From positions 1-38,023 of the forward strand of contig JAITTF010000205.1 in NCBI GenBank assembly GCA_031287215.1: a stretch of 38,023 nucleotides of DNA. The letters are read 5' to 3'. Each line of letters starts with the position of its first letter. Position 1 is the stretch's first letter. Both the position numbers and the translations under genes were made by a program. The notes below the pieces were generated by a model. That model did not search any database. It was given only the letters and a program-made list of their open reading frames with translations, and was not told the DNA's origin. This DNA is from Bacteroidales bacterium. GTDB taxonomy: Bacteria > Bacteroidota > Bacteroidia > Bacteroidales > WCHB1-69. Shown in pieces: positions 8,985 to 18,572 of the stretch.

Positions 8985-9926
8985 CTACTCCTCATCAAAG
9001 TTAACTCTCTCTCTTTCAACTACTAAAGGTCTTTTTCTAACCTGTGTATGAATGGCGCCTACATATTCTCCTATGATTCCGATAAAAAAGAGTTGTACAG
9101 AAGAAAAAAAGAATAAGCCTATTACCAAAGGAGCAGTTCCTGCACTAAATTCGTACCAATAAATCAACTTGAAAACAAAATAGACTAACGCCACAATAAT
9201 GCTGATAACAGCAACGGTAAAACCTATAAAACTTGCCATTCTAAGAGGAAGTTTTGAATGGTTTACAAATCCCAACATTCCAATATCATAAAGCGTATAA
9301 AAGTTGTTTTTAGTTTTTCCGTGCAAACGGCGTGGTTGAACGTATGTAACTGTCGTATAGTCAAATCCTAATTCTGAAATCAATCCGCGAAAATAAGGAT
9401 ATGGATCTTCGATAGTACGGAGAATGTCGATAAATTTTTTATCATACAGCCCAAAACCGGTAAAGTTTTTTATTTGATGACTCCCTTCTGAAAATTTATC
9501 CAACATCGTATAATAAGTTTTTCTCAACATAAACATCAGCGGATTTTCCTTACTTTTGTCTTTCACAGCACATACAATCTTAAAGCCCTCTTCCCATTTT
9601 TGCAATAATTGCGGTATCAGCTCCGGTGGGTCTTGCAGGTCGGCAACCATACTGATCACTGCATCTCCAAAAGCGTGTTGCATGCCATAAAATGGAGAAC
9701 GAATATGTCCAAAATTGCGGGCATTGACAATAATTTTTACTTTTTTGTCCTCCGAAGCAATTGTTTTGAGAATTTTTACCGTATTATCGGTAGAAGCATT
9801 GTCAATAAATAGATGCTCATACTCATATTGTGGAAGTATATCAAACTGTTTTTTTACCTCATTATAAAGTATTTCAACATTTTCTTCCTCATTAAAGCAA
9901 GCGGTGAGGACGGTGATTTTTTTCAT
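8985..9926 (-). CDS. GT2 glycosyltransferase, GtrB/DPM-synthase-like (polyprenyl-phosphate sugar synthase)
   Basis: CFNEEEN, IDNASTD, RNFG, ADLQDPPEL, two C-terminal TM helices and IGEYVG.I...VRKRP. Confidence 0.92.
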   Translation of the reverse strand: MKKITVLTACFNEEENVEILYNEVKKQFDILPQYEYEHLFIDNASTDNTVKILKTIASEDKKVKIIVNARNFGHIRSPFYGMQHAFGDAVISMVADLQDPPELIPQLLQKWEEGFKIVCAVKDKSKENPLMFMLRKTYYTMLDKFSEGSHQIKNFTGFGLYDKKFIDILRTIEDPYPYFRGLISELGFDYTTVTYVQPRRLHGKTKNNFYTLYDIGMLGFVNHSKLPLRMASFIGFTVAVISIIVALVYFVFKLIYWYEFSAGTAPLVIGLFFFSSVQLFFIGIIGEYVGAIHTQVRKRPLVVERERVNFDEE

Positions 9927-9928
9927 CT

Positions 9929-11728
9929 TTAAAAAATTTTATTGTTTTCATACTCTTGTTTATCGAGAAAAGGAAACATATCATCAATAGGAGGAGATAC
10001 TATTTTCCCGTCAGGAAGTACTTTTAAAGATAATTTAGGTTCAAAATTCTGGGTAGTGTCTATCATAATTTCACAAAATACAGGTCCCTGATTATTTATA
10101 AATTCCTTTAGTACAGCAATATCTTCTACGGTTTGGACTCTCATAAAAGGGATATTGTAGGCAAAAGCTATTTTTTCGGCATCAGGGAAACTAACCCCAT
10201 TGTCGGAAGAGACCCCAATCAATGGCGGTTGGAAGAGATTATTCTGCGTCTGTCGCATCGAGTGATATCCATTGTTGTTGAGATAGATAATTTTAATATT
10301 CAGCTGATGATGAACTACCGTTTGCAGTTCTTGCAAATTCATCTGAAAACTACCATCTCCATCAATACAGATCACTCTTTCTCCTTTTCGGGCTATACAA
10401 CATCCTAAAGCAGCAGGAAATCCATAACCCATAGCAGCACAACCTGAATTAGTAAACATGCGTTGATGCGATTTGATGACAGCAGTTTGAAAAGTGATGA
10501 CACAAGCACTCCCATTTCCACAAGCAATAACATCATCCTCTTTTAGCGTTTTAAAAAATTCTCTAATAAACAGATAAGGGTTTAGAAGCTGTCTATTTTC
10601 AGAATAAGACGGCAGAACAACCGGATATTTTTTATTGACTCCCCTACTCCATTGCAGCCATTCTTCGTGTTCTGGCGTACAACAAACGGACAGGTCATGC
10701 TTTAACAGTTCTTGAATCACCTCTTTTACATCTGCCCATATCGGCAAATCGGGAGTTAGGGTTGGTTTTTGCAACTCATGTTCATCGATATCTACTATAA
10801 TTTGGTACGCTTTTGGTGCAAAATCGGTGTAATTATAGCTAATCTGTCTAATATTCAATCTGCAACCGAGTACTAATAAAAGATCCGAATTTTGAACTAC
10901 AAAATTACCTCCTCTGTTGCCTATCGTACCGGGTCTGCCACAATAGAACGAATATTCATCCCAAATCAAATCATGGGCATTCCAAGCCGTAACAACCGGA
11001 ATTTTCAATTTATCTGCTAATCTAATAAGGTCCTCTTTTGCCTCTGCCAACCTAACGCCGGTACCGACCATCAGAACAGGACGTTTTGCTTGTCTTATTT
11101 TTTCTATAATCTGAAGCGTAATAGATGGATCATAAACAGGATTTTCGCAAGTTTCGACATCCTTAATCGGATCAAAAGGTAGTAAATCCTCTGTTTCTAT
11201 TACTGCCCCTTGAATGTCCAAAGGAATATCTAACCAAACGGGTCCTTCCCTACCGTTTGAACATAAAAACCATGCTTTTTCCAAATGATAACGAATTTCA
11301 TTAGCATCCAATACAATCTTAGCATATTTGGTCATATTAGCAACGGTCGTTGTAATGTCAAATTCCTGATCTCCAAGCTGACGTAAAGAAACATCGGTAA
11401 CATGGATTGTAGTTTCTCTTTTTACCTGACCGGAGATGACAAACATCGGGATCGAGTCCAACCAAGCACCCAGAACGCCGGTAATGGCATTAGTACCTCC
11501 AGGACCACTGGTTACGCATAGAGCAGCAATTTTTCCGGTAAGTCTTGCGTGCGCTTCTGCAGCAATGGCAGATGCCTGTTCGTGATGGTTATAAATACAA
11601 GTGAGTTGTGTATGATGTCCTAAAGCATCGTTGAGGTGCATTGCTCCGCCACCTGTAACTGTAAAAACATGCTCTACTCCCTTTGCTGCCAAAAAATTAG
11701 CAATATAATGTGCTACTTTTATCTTCAT
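9929..11728 (-). CDS. ThDP-dependent enzyme, acetolactate-synthase fold (YerE-like carboligase)
   Basis: VTGGGAMHLNDA, HHEQA, TSGPGGTNAITG, GPVWLDIPLDIQ, ThDP motif GDGSFQMN...NNNGY. No ilvN/ilvC nearby; 2 nt from the GT2 gene. Confidence 0.9.
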   Translation of the reverse strand: MKIKVAHYIANFLAAKGVEHVFTVTGGGAMHLNDALGHHTQLTCIYNHHEQASAIAAEAHARLTGKIAALCVTSGPGGTNAITGVLGAWLDSIPMFVISGQVKRETTIHVTDVSLRQLGDQEFDITTTVANMTKYAKIVLDANEIRYHLEKAWFLCSNGREGPVWLDIPLDIQGAVIETEDLLPFDPIKDVETCENPVYDPSITLQIIEKIRQAKRPVLMVGTGVRLAEAKEDLIRLADKLKIPVVTAWNAHDLIWDEYSFYCGRPGTIGNRGGNFVVQNSDLLLVLGCRLNIRQISYNYTDFAPKAYQIIVDIDEHELQKPTLTPDLPIWADVKEVIQELLKHDLSVCCTPEHEEWLQWSRGVNKKYPVVLPSYSENRQLLNPYLFIREFFKTLKEDDVIACGNGSACVITFQTAVIKSHQRMFTNSGCAAMGYGFPAALGCCIARKGERVICIDGDGSFQMNLQELQTVVHHQLNIKIIYLNNNGYHSMRQTQNNLFQPPLIGVSSDNGVSFPDAEKIAFAYNIPFMRVQTVEDIAVLKEFINNQGPVFCEIMIDTTQNFEPKLSLKVLPDGKIVSPPIDDMFPFLDKQEYENNKIF

Positions 11729-11751
11729 ACCTGCTTATTTCAAATTTAAAA

Positions 11752-11761
11752 TGCAAAGGTA
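11752..11761 (-). promoter_or_regulatory. -7 promoter box for the ThDP enzyme-GT2 pair
   Basis: TACCTTTGCA on minus, 23 nt upstream of the ATG. Confidence 0.65.
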
Positions 11762-11928
11762 CAAATTATTATTTAACAAATAAAAAAATCTATGTTTCAG
11801 GTTCTTTCTTATATATTGTGAAAATAAATATTTGTTTTTGCACTCAAAATAAATCCACTCACGACAACAATGTGGGCAAACATGACAGATTATAAATTTC
11901 GTCAGGTTGAAGTGAGAACATCAAAAAT

Positions 11929-12582
11929 TTAAACATTAAACCAATCCATAATTTCCAATGGAGTATCAGCTACAGCAACATGTTTTATCTGGGATAAATC
12001 CTCTCCTTTTTTAAAGCCAAAACCATAAGTAACAGCAAGAAAATCTATGTCCAAATTTTCGGCTCCTTTAGCATCGTGCATCGTATCTCCAATCATTAAT
12101 ACCTGTTCTTTCGGATAGTTAAATTTATGGACACACTTCATAATAATATCGCTCTTTGAGAGTCGATTTTCTGTATCCGCACCAAAAATAATATCAGTAT
12201 AATCGTCAAAATGAAAGTGTTGCAATACTTTTAATGCGGCATATTCTACTTTATACGTTGCTACGGCAGTATGGATGTCATTATTTTTAAAATAAGTAAA
12301 AACATCAAAAATATGGGGATAGGGTTCTGCTTCAAAGAGCGTATTCTCATAATATTTATCTCTAAAAATAGTTACAGCATGCTTTAAATCTTCTCCTGCA
12401 AGTTCATAACGATTTGAAAACGAATTAGGGATAGGAGGTCCAATAAAAGAGAGATATTCTTTGTAAGTAAATTCCGGTAATCCTAATTGTCGAACCGTAT
12501 AAATCACCGATTCAACCACTCCATTTGTAGTATCGAGTAGCGTACCGTCTAAATCAAAAATTATTAATTTGTAGTTTTTCAT
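11929..12582 (-). CDS. HAD-superfamily phosphatase (phosphoglycolate phosphatase-like)
   Basis: Motif I IIFDLDGTL, FIGPP, AVAT.K, motif IV MIGDT..D. Start moved to ATG 12582 (MKNYKL), which avoids overlap with the upstream remnant. Confidence 0.9.
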   Translation of the reverse strand: MKNYKLIIFDLDGTLLDTTNGVVESVIYTVRQLGLPEFTYKEYLSFIGPPIPNSFSNRYELAGEDLKHAVTIFRDKYYENTLFEAEPYPHIFDVFTYFKNNDIHTAVATYKVEYAALKVLQHFHFDDYTDIIFGADTENRLSKSDIIMKCVHKFNYPKEQVLMIGDTMHDAKGAENLDIDFLAVTYGFGFKKGEDLSQIKHVAVADTPLEIMDWFNV

Positions 12583-12599
12583 AGTTTTGTATAGTATAT

Positions 12600-12980
12600 T
12601 TATTTTATTATGACCCATTTTCCACTTTTTCTTCCGCCTTCTCTCACAATTTTTCCTTCTATTTTTAATTTGTTACAATGCCTTTCTATCGTTCTTTTTG
12701 TTACATTAAATTTGTTTGCTATTTCCGAAAAAGTTAGTTATTGCCCCTTTTCAATTAATAATAATATCTCTTTACCAACATCTTTCAAACTTGTTTTCTG
12801 TTGTAAATAACTTATTGTTGCTAAAAAACCATTTGAGATTTCTTCACAATTAAGTAGCATGGTCGGATATTTATCAAACTCTTTGCGAATTCGGAGAAAA
12901 CCACGTGTCGTAACTCCTGCAATTTCAAAAGCCACTTTCATCTGAGAAAGCAGATATTTTTGCGTTTGCTCTTGTGTCAT
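12600..12980 (-). pseudogene. Decayed AlbA/HATPase_c_4-type protein with C-terminal winged-helix HTH
   Basis: After the TAA at 12738-12740 the same frame continues LTFSEIANKFNVTKRTIERHCNKLKIEGKIVREGGRKSGKWVIIK*, a typical wHTH tail. Upstream KYLLSQMKVAFEI joins directly to GFLRIRKE, so the ATPase core appears deleted. Confidence 0.75.
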
Positions 12981-13016
12981 AGCCCTTTTTCGTGCAAAAA
13001 TACAAAATATTAATTA

Positions 13017-14639
13017 TCAGTTTTCCTCTTTTTTCAGTTTATACAAAGTATCAGTAATAAATTGTATATCAATCTCTTTTTTAAAAATAGAAAGCACCTG
13101 ATTTACATTGGCATTGATTTGATCTCCTTGTTGGCGGGCAAAATCATATTCCATTTTTGAAGAGTAATAATTAGTAGCTCTATCTAAAGAATAACCGTCA
13201 AAACCGGCAAGCGCCACAGAGCTAACTCCCGCCCGAATGAGTGCCCTCAATAACATGAGAAAAGAGTTGTCCATAAAAACAGCACTCCTGTCAATTAAGG
13301 TTTCGTAATCCAAATTAAAATCAAAATTACCGGTCGATTTGCTGATATTAGAAGTGGCAATAATTTTTATTGTATCTCCAATATTCTTCAAATGGGTAGC
13401 TTGCTGAACATATCGCTTGGAATTGGTGAGAAAAAGAAAAGAAATCTCAAAATCTTCGGGCACAAAATTGATGGCCATCACCATAGGGTTGTGCTGTGAA
13501 ATATAATTTTTTATACGCTGCAGTTCCGTTTTTACACTCAGGCCCGGACCAATAATCAATACTTTTTTATCTTGTAAAAAAGTTGAAAGGCGACTATATT
13601 CCTCTGTATCATGAAGTTTATAGGTCTGATAATTAATATAAAGCTCTTCGATATACGCTTTATCGTAAAGCAGTTTTTTCTCACCTTCAAGATGTTTTAA
13701 AATCTCGTTGATAGATTTTACCGATAAGGTTTTTTTGTCTAATAGATAGGATACATAATTGGGATGGCAGTCGTTGGAAGCAGCAATGAAAAAATTCATA
13801 GAGTAACCCCAAGGCGAATTTTTGAAAATATCCATCAAATTTACATCTATCGCTTCCAGCATTTGACTGATGTCGTATTTTGTATTGCAATTTTCATTCA
13901 AATAGGTAGCAATCAACTCTGTAGGAGCATTCCCTGCCCCTTTGCCCATTCCAAAGAGGGTACCGTCAAGTAGTAAAAGACGATTAGCGGTGGCGTGTTT
14001 ATTAATCAATTCAATGCAATTGGCATATCCTAATTGAAAATTATTGTGAGAATGGTAACCTATACCGATAGTTTCATCCAAATGTTGACTCATCATCTCA
14101 TAATAGTGCATCAATTTATTCTGGTTTAACAATCCATAAGTATCTACAATAGAGACGGCAAACGGTTGCACCTCATTGACTAAGGCTATCAACTCCAACA
14201 GTTCTTCGTCATTGTAACTGGTAATAGAAACGGCTTGTGTAAACACCTTATATCCAAGCTGTTTCAACTCCTTGCAGAAAGCGAGAGCTTGCTCTTTGAT
14301 ATGTTTTTTGAAAATAACGCGAATACCATCCAAAATGCTCTCTGCACAGGGTTGAATATGAGTAACATCACAAGTGCCAAAATCAATCATGCCCACAATT
14401 TCAGCATTTTTTTTATCTAATTGATCATAAATAATATTAGCACTCTGCGTATTAGGCATTATACTACGATTCATATCAAAGGGTCTTCGTTGGTCTAAAA
14501 AACCAATTTCAATATAATTGACTTGTGCCGAAGCGAGACGTTCAAAAACATTAATCAGAGTATTGTGTCCAAAATTCCAATCATTAATATATCCTCCGTC
14601 CCGAAGGGTACAATCCAATAAAGCGATACTATTTTTCAT
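13017..14639 (-). CDS. DRE-TIM metallolyase (4-hydroxy-2-oxovalerate aldolase-like) with extra C-terminal Rossmann-like domain
   Basis: LDCTLRDGGY, VDTYG, metal-binding YHSHNN, GMGKGAGN. C-terminal ~190 aa with IIGPG and LAGFDGY. Confidence 0.88.
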   Translation of the reverse strand: MKNSIALLDCTLRDGGYINDWNFGHNTLINVFERLASAQVNYIEIGFLDQRRPFDMNRSIMPNTQSANIIYDQLDKKNAEIVGMIDFGTCDVTHIQPCAESILDGIRVIFKKHIKEQALAFCKELKQLGYKVFTQAVSITSYNDEELLELIALVNEVQPFAVSIVDTYGLLNQNKLMHYYEMMSQHLDETIGIGYHSHNNFQLGYANCIELINKHATANRLLLLDGTLFGMGKGAGNAPTELIATYLNENCNTKYDISQMLEAIDVNLMDIFKNSPWGYSMNFFIAASNDCHPNYVSYLLDKKTLSVKSINEILKHLEGEKKLLYDKAYIEELYINYQTYKLHDTEEYSRLSTFLQDKKVLIIGPGLSVKTELQRIKNYISQHNPMVMAINFVPEDFEISFLFLTNSKRYVQQATHLKNIGDTIKIIATSNISKSTGNFDFNLDYETLIDRSAVFMDNSFLMLLRALIRAGVSSVALAGFDGYSLDRATNYYSSKMEYDFARQQGDQINANVNQVLSIFKKEIDIQFITDTLYKLKKEEN

Positions 14640-14744
14640 ATTTCTATCCTTTAGAAGTTTTAAGCAATAACTCTCTCAAATCTCAAGCATATCTGACTAT
14701 TTTTAGAAACTTAAAGACAGAAATTACATGCCCAAATATAGAAC

Positions 14745-14754
14745 TGCAAAGGTA
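14745..14754 (-). promoter_or_regulatory. -7 promoter box for the aldolase gene
   Basis: TACCTTTGCA on minus, about 105 nt upstream of the ATG. Same 10-mer as the box at 11752. Confidence 0.55.
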
Positions 14755-14884
14755 ATAAAAATCTATTACACTTTAAAATTTGCGAGAAATAAACTACAAC
14801 AAGTCTTTCTATTCTTTTAGATCATCCGGTAGGATTGAACATCAAAAAAAAAGAACTAAAGGAACAGGGGTTTCTAAAAGCAAA

Positions 14885-15907
14885 CTATTTTACGTCCCAA
14901 GTATCGCCACTATTGAGAATATCATCTACGGAATGGATAGCGCAAGATTGTTTGTGAGTTTCAATCAGGTTTTCCATCAACTGATCATAAGTTGCAGCTA
15001 CTACCGAACGAATAACACCGAGAGCAATAGGATATTCAGGTGGTTTCATTTTAGCGAGCATGAGATGGATGCCCGGATCTTCTCGGTACATATCGTGCAC
15101 TAAGACATCCTTTTCAGTTACCCCATTTTTGCCAATGGTAACTACTTTCAAGCCATTATCACCTAACGCGATACCTTTATTCTGGTCTTTCCCGAAAATC
15201 ATGGGTTGACCATGTTTTAGAATCAATTGTCGGTCATCTCTAAACTCTCTATCGGTAATATATTTATGTGCACCATCGTTAAAGATAACACAATTTTGGA
15301 GCATTTCTACTACGGAAGTACCATCATGTTTGGCAGCTTCCAGCAATACTTCGCTGATGAATTTAGGGTTTGTATCAATGACACGTGCAAAGAAAGTTCC
15401 TTGAGCACCTAACACTAACTCACCCACTGTAAAAGGATTTTCGATAGTTCCTTGAGGAGATGATTTAGTGATTTTTCCCATGGGAGAGGTCGGGGAGTAT
15501 TGTCCTTTGGTTAATCCATAAATCTCGTTGTTGAAAAGTAAGATGTTGACATCTAAGTTTCTACGGATAATATGGATAAAATGGTTACCTCCAATAGCGA
15601 GCGAGTCGCCATCACCGGTAGCAATCCATACGCTCAAGTTTCTATTAAAGAGGCGTACTCCGGTTGCAATTGCATTTGCTCTACCATGAATACCATGGAT
15701 ACCGTAAGTGTTGAGGTAATACGGTAAACGTGATGAGCAACCTATACCGGAAACAACACAGAATTTCTCTTTTTTATATCCAATTTGGGGGAATACATTT
15801 TCAATAGCAGAGAGGATAGCGTGGTCGCCACAACCGGGGCACCATCTTACCATTTGGTCGCTTGCGAAATCTTCTTTACTTAATTTTTCAGTCGTTTTTT
15901 CTATCAT
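14885..15907 (-). CDS. 2-oxoacid:ferredoxin oxidoreductase beta subunit (KorB-like)
   Basis: RWCPGCGD, SGIGCSSR, HGIHGRA, GDGD, NNEIYGLTKGQYSPT. Confidence 0.96.
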   Translation of the reverse strand: MIEKTTEKLSKEDFASDQMVRWCPGCGDHAILSAIENVFPQIGYKKEKFCVVSGIGCSSRLPYYLNTYGIHGIHGRANAIATGVRLFNRNLSVWIATGDGDSLAIGGNHFIHIIRRNLDVNILLFNNEIYGLTKGQYSPTSPMGKITKSSPQGTIENPFTVGELVLGAQGTFFARVIDTNPKFISEVLLEAAKHDGTSVVEMLQNCVIFNDGAHKYITDREFRDDRQLILKHGQPMIFGKDQNKGIALGDNGLKVVTIGKNGVTEKDVLVHDMYREDPGIHLMLAKMKPPEYPIALGVIRSVVAATYDQLMENLIETHKQSCAIHSVDDILNSGDTWDVK

Positions 15908-15922
15908 GGCTATTTCTCCTTA

Positions 15923-17758
15923 TTAAAATTGTTTATTAATTTCATTAACTAATTCTTCAACAGTGAACGGTTGACCTTGAACCTTATTGTACTGTAGATA
16001 TTGATATTGAGGAAATTGTATTCTCAGGTAGTTGGCAAATTGTCCGCTATTGAGTTCACAAACCAATATTTTCTTATATTTTCCTAATAATTCTGCTGTA
16101 TTCATTGGGAGAGGCATAATATTAGTAAAATGAGCATGAGCTACTTTTTTACCACCACTGATCACCTCTTTTACCGCTACACCCACTTGTCCTTGAGTGC
16201 CGCCCCAGCTTACTACCAACAATTCGCCTGATTTAGCACCGGAAACTTGTTGTAGTGGGATTTTCTTAGCTACACGTTTTACTTTTTCATTTCTATAATA
16301 AACCATCTTTTCGTGATTCAGCGGATCTGTAGAGACATTACCAAGAACATCACTCTTTTCCAAACCACCAATACGATGTCTCAAACCTTCAGTCCCCGGG
16401 ATTGCCCATTGTCTGATAAAAGTTTCAGGGTCTCTGCGATAAGGTTTATAATCAGGGTCATTAGCTTTTGCTACAGGGGAATGAATTGGAGGAAGGTCGG
16501 CAACACGAGGAATACGGAATACTTCACTACCTTGTCCTATATAACCATCTGTTAATAAGATACAAGGGGTCATAGTTTCCAAAGCTAATTTGGCAGCATT
16601 ATAGGCTTGATAAAAGCAATCTCCCGGAGAGGAGGCTGCAATGACGATGCAGGGAGCTTCACCATTTCTACCATAAAGAGCTATATTCAAGTCCGATTGT
16701 TCTGATTTGGTAGGTAATCCTGTAGAAGGACCACCACGTTGAACGTCCACAATAATTAAAGGCAACTCGGTAATGACTGCCAAGCCAAGAGCTTCTGCTT
16801 TCAATGAAAGACCTGGACCTGAAGTCGTAGTACATGCCATAGCACCTGAATAAGCGGCACCAATAGCTGAACAGATACCTGCAATCTCATCTTCAGCTTG
16901 GAAAACCTTTGCTGAGAGAGATTTATATTTTGCCAATTCGCATAAAATATCGGTAGCCGGTGTAATAGGATAAGAACCTAAGAACAATTTATGTCCCGAA
17001 CGTTCGGAAGCAGCCAACAATCCCCATGCTGTGGCAATATTACCGGTAATATTTCTATATTTTCCTTTTGGGAGGTCAACAGGAGCTACTCTGTAGGTAG
17101 TTTGAAACAACTCTAAAGTTTCAGCAAAATTATAGCCCTTTTGCATTACTTGCTTATTGATGAGCGCTACGTCCATTTTTTTCGCAAAACGTTTATCCAA
17201 CAATTTACAAGGGGTATCTAATTCAAAATTAAAAGCAAAATAGATCATTCCTAAGCAGAACATATTTTTTGTTCTTGCAGCATCTTTTGGCGACATGCCA
17301 AGTGCTTGAGCGGTCTCTCTTGCCATAGTAGTAATCGGAGGGGCTACGACAATATAAGAACTTAGCGATTCATCTTCCAAAGGATTAGTTTCGCAATTGG
17401 CTTTTTTAAGAGCCGGTTCGTCAAAAGCGTCACCATCAACTAAAATCATGCCTCCTTTTTTAACCCATTTAAGGTTAGCTACTAAAGCAGCAGGATTCAT
17501 AGCGACTAAAATATCGCATTGATCACCGATAATACGGGTCTCTTTTCCTATATGAACTTGATAGCCCGAAACCCCTGCTACGGTATTGTGAGGTGCTCTA
17601 ATTTCTGCGGGATAGTCAGGAAAAGTAGCAATATCATTTCCTGCTAATGCAGCAGCATCAGAAAAAAGTGTCCCGGTAAGTTGCATTCCATCGCCAGAAT
17701 CACCGGCAAACTTCACAACGACACTGTTTCTCCCTAAAATTTGTTTTTGTGTTGCCAT
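15923..17758 (-). CDS. 2-oxoacid:ferredoxin oxidoreductase alpha subunit (KorA-like)
   Basis: FAGDSGDGMQLTG, YPAEIRAP, GSYPITPA, QAEDEIA, TSGPG, QRGGPSTGLPTK. Start moved to ATG 17758 (MATQK). -7 box at 17876-17885. Confidence 0.96.
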   Translation of the reverse strand: MATQKQILGRNSVVVKFAGDSGDGMQLTGTLFSDAAALAGNDIATFPDYPAEIRAPHNTVAGVSGYQVHIGKETRIIGDQCDILVAMNPAALVANLKWVKKGGMILVDGDAFDEPALKKANCETNPLEDESLSSYIVVAPPITTMARETAQALGMSPKDAARTKNMFCLGMIYFAFNFELDTPCKLLDKRFAKKMDVALINKQVMQKGYNFAETLELFQTTYRVAPVDLPKGKYRNITGNIATAWGLLAASERSGHKLFLGSYPITPATDILCELAKYKSLSAKVFQAEDEIAGICSAIGAAYSGAMACTTTSGPGLSLKAEALGLAVITELPLIIVDVQRGGPSTGLPTKSEQSDLNIALYGRNGEAPCIVIAASSPGDCFYQAYNAAKLALETMTPCILLTDGYIGQGSEVFRIPRVADLPPIHSPVAKANDPDYKPYRRDPETFIRQWAIPGTEGLRHRIGGLEKSDVLGNVSTDPLNHEKMVYYRNEKVKRVAKKIPLQQVSGAKSGELLVVSWGGTQGQVGVAVKEVISGGKKVAHAHFTNIMPLPMNTAELLGKYKKILVCELNSGQFANYLRIQFPQYQYLQYNKVQGQPFTVEELVNEINKQF

Positions 17759-17917
17759 AAAAATGTTATAAAAAGTTGTTTTATGTAAAATAATCGACAA
17801 AAAAAGCAAAAACGGATTTTATAAACAACTCATTTTTAAAGCATTATCTATAAAACCAATACAAATTTACTTTAGGACAAAAGTATAAAAAAAAATGGTG
17901 TTAGCCTTGAAAATAAT

Positions 17918-17966
17918 AAAAAAAACAAAAAAAACAGATTATTGTACTTTGGTTCACAATAGGTCT
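17918..17966 (-). terminator. Probable intrinsic terminator after purN
   Basis: On minus: AGACCUAUUGU-GAACCAAAGU-ACAAUAAUCU followed by long U runs. Confidence 0.45.
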
Positions 17967-17987
17967 ATTGAAAGTAATAAACAACGA

Positions 17988-18554
17988 TCACTTTTTCAAC
18001 AACATTTCTACCACTTTTGGATATAGATGATGTTCAAGTTGATGAATTTGTGCTTCAATCGTGTCAATATCCTCATTTTCGGATATTTTAAAGCAATCCT
18101 GAGCGATAATTTTGCCGGTATCCATATCTTCTTCTACATAATGGATCGTAATGCCAAAGATTTTTACACCGTATTGATATGCCTGTTCAATGGCATGTAA
18201 TCCGGGAAAAGCAGGCAATAAGGAGGGATGAATGTTGATAATTTTTCCTTCAAATTGATCTAATAATACTTTTCCAATAATGCGCATGTAACCCGCTAAA
18301 ACGATTAAATCTACCTGTTTTTGCTTTAGAATGGTGGCGATAGCCATTTCATACGCCTCTTTATTGGGGTAATTTTTCGCATTAAATACGAAGGTGTCTA
18401 TATTGTTTTGGGCAGCTCTTTCAATGGCGTAACACCCCTCTTTATCGGAGACTAATAACACAATTGCTGCATGGAGTTTGTCTTTTTCTATAGCCTCTAT
18501 CAGTGCTTGGAAATTGGACCCAAAACCACTTGCAAAAATGGCAATTTTTTTCAT
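17988..18554 (-). CDS. purN: Phosphoribosylglycinamide formyltransferase
   Basis: FASGFGSN, LAGYMRI, NIHPSLLPAFPG, DTGKIIAQ, EH.LYP. Confidence 0.97.
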   Translation of the reverse strand: MKKIAIFASGFGSNFQALIEAIEKDKLHAAIVLLVSDKEGCYAIERAAQNNIDTFVFNAKNYPNKEAYEMAIATILKQKQVDLIVLAGYMRIIGKVLLDQFEGKIINIHPSLLPAFPGLHAIEQAYQYGVKIFGITIHYVEEDMDTGKIIAQDCFKISENEDIDTIEAQIHQLEHHLYPKVVEMLLKK

Positions 18555-18572
18555 AAATCAGAATAAACAAAA

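Noticed and set aside
9929-11728. Calling the ThDP enzyme ilvB (branched-chain amino acid synthesis)
   Set aside because: No regulatory subunit or ilvC/ilvD nearby, and the GGGAMHLND N-terminus and GT2 linkage fit the polysaccharide-locus subgroup better.
11901-11916. GTCAGG and GGCAAAC words suggesting SRP RNA or a c-di-GMP riboswitch
   Set aside because: The rest of each consensus (GGAAGGAAGCAGC for SRP; GNRA-capped P2 plus P3 for c-di-GMP-I) is absent.
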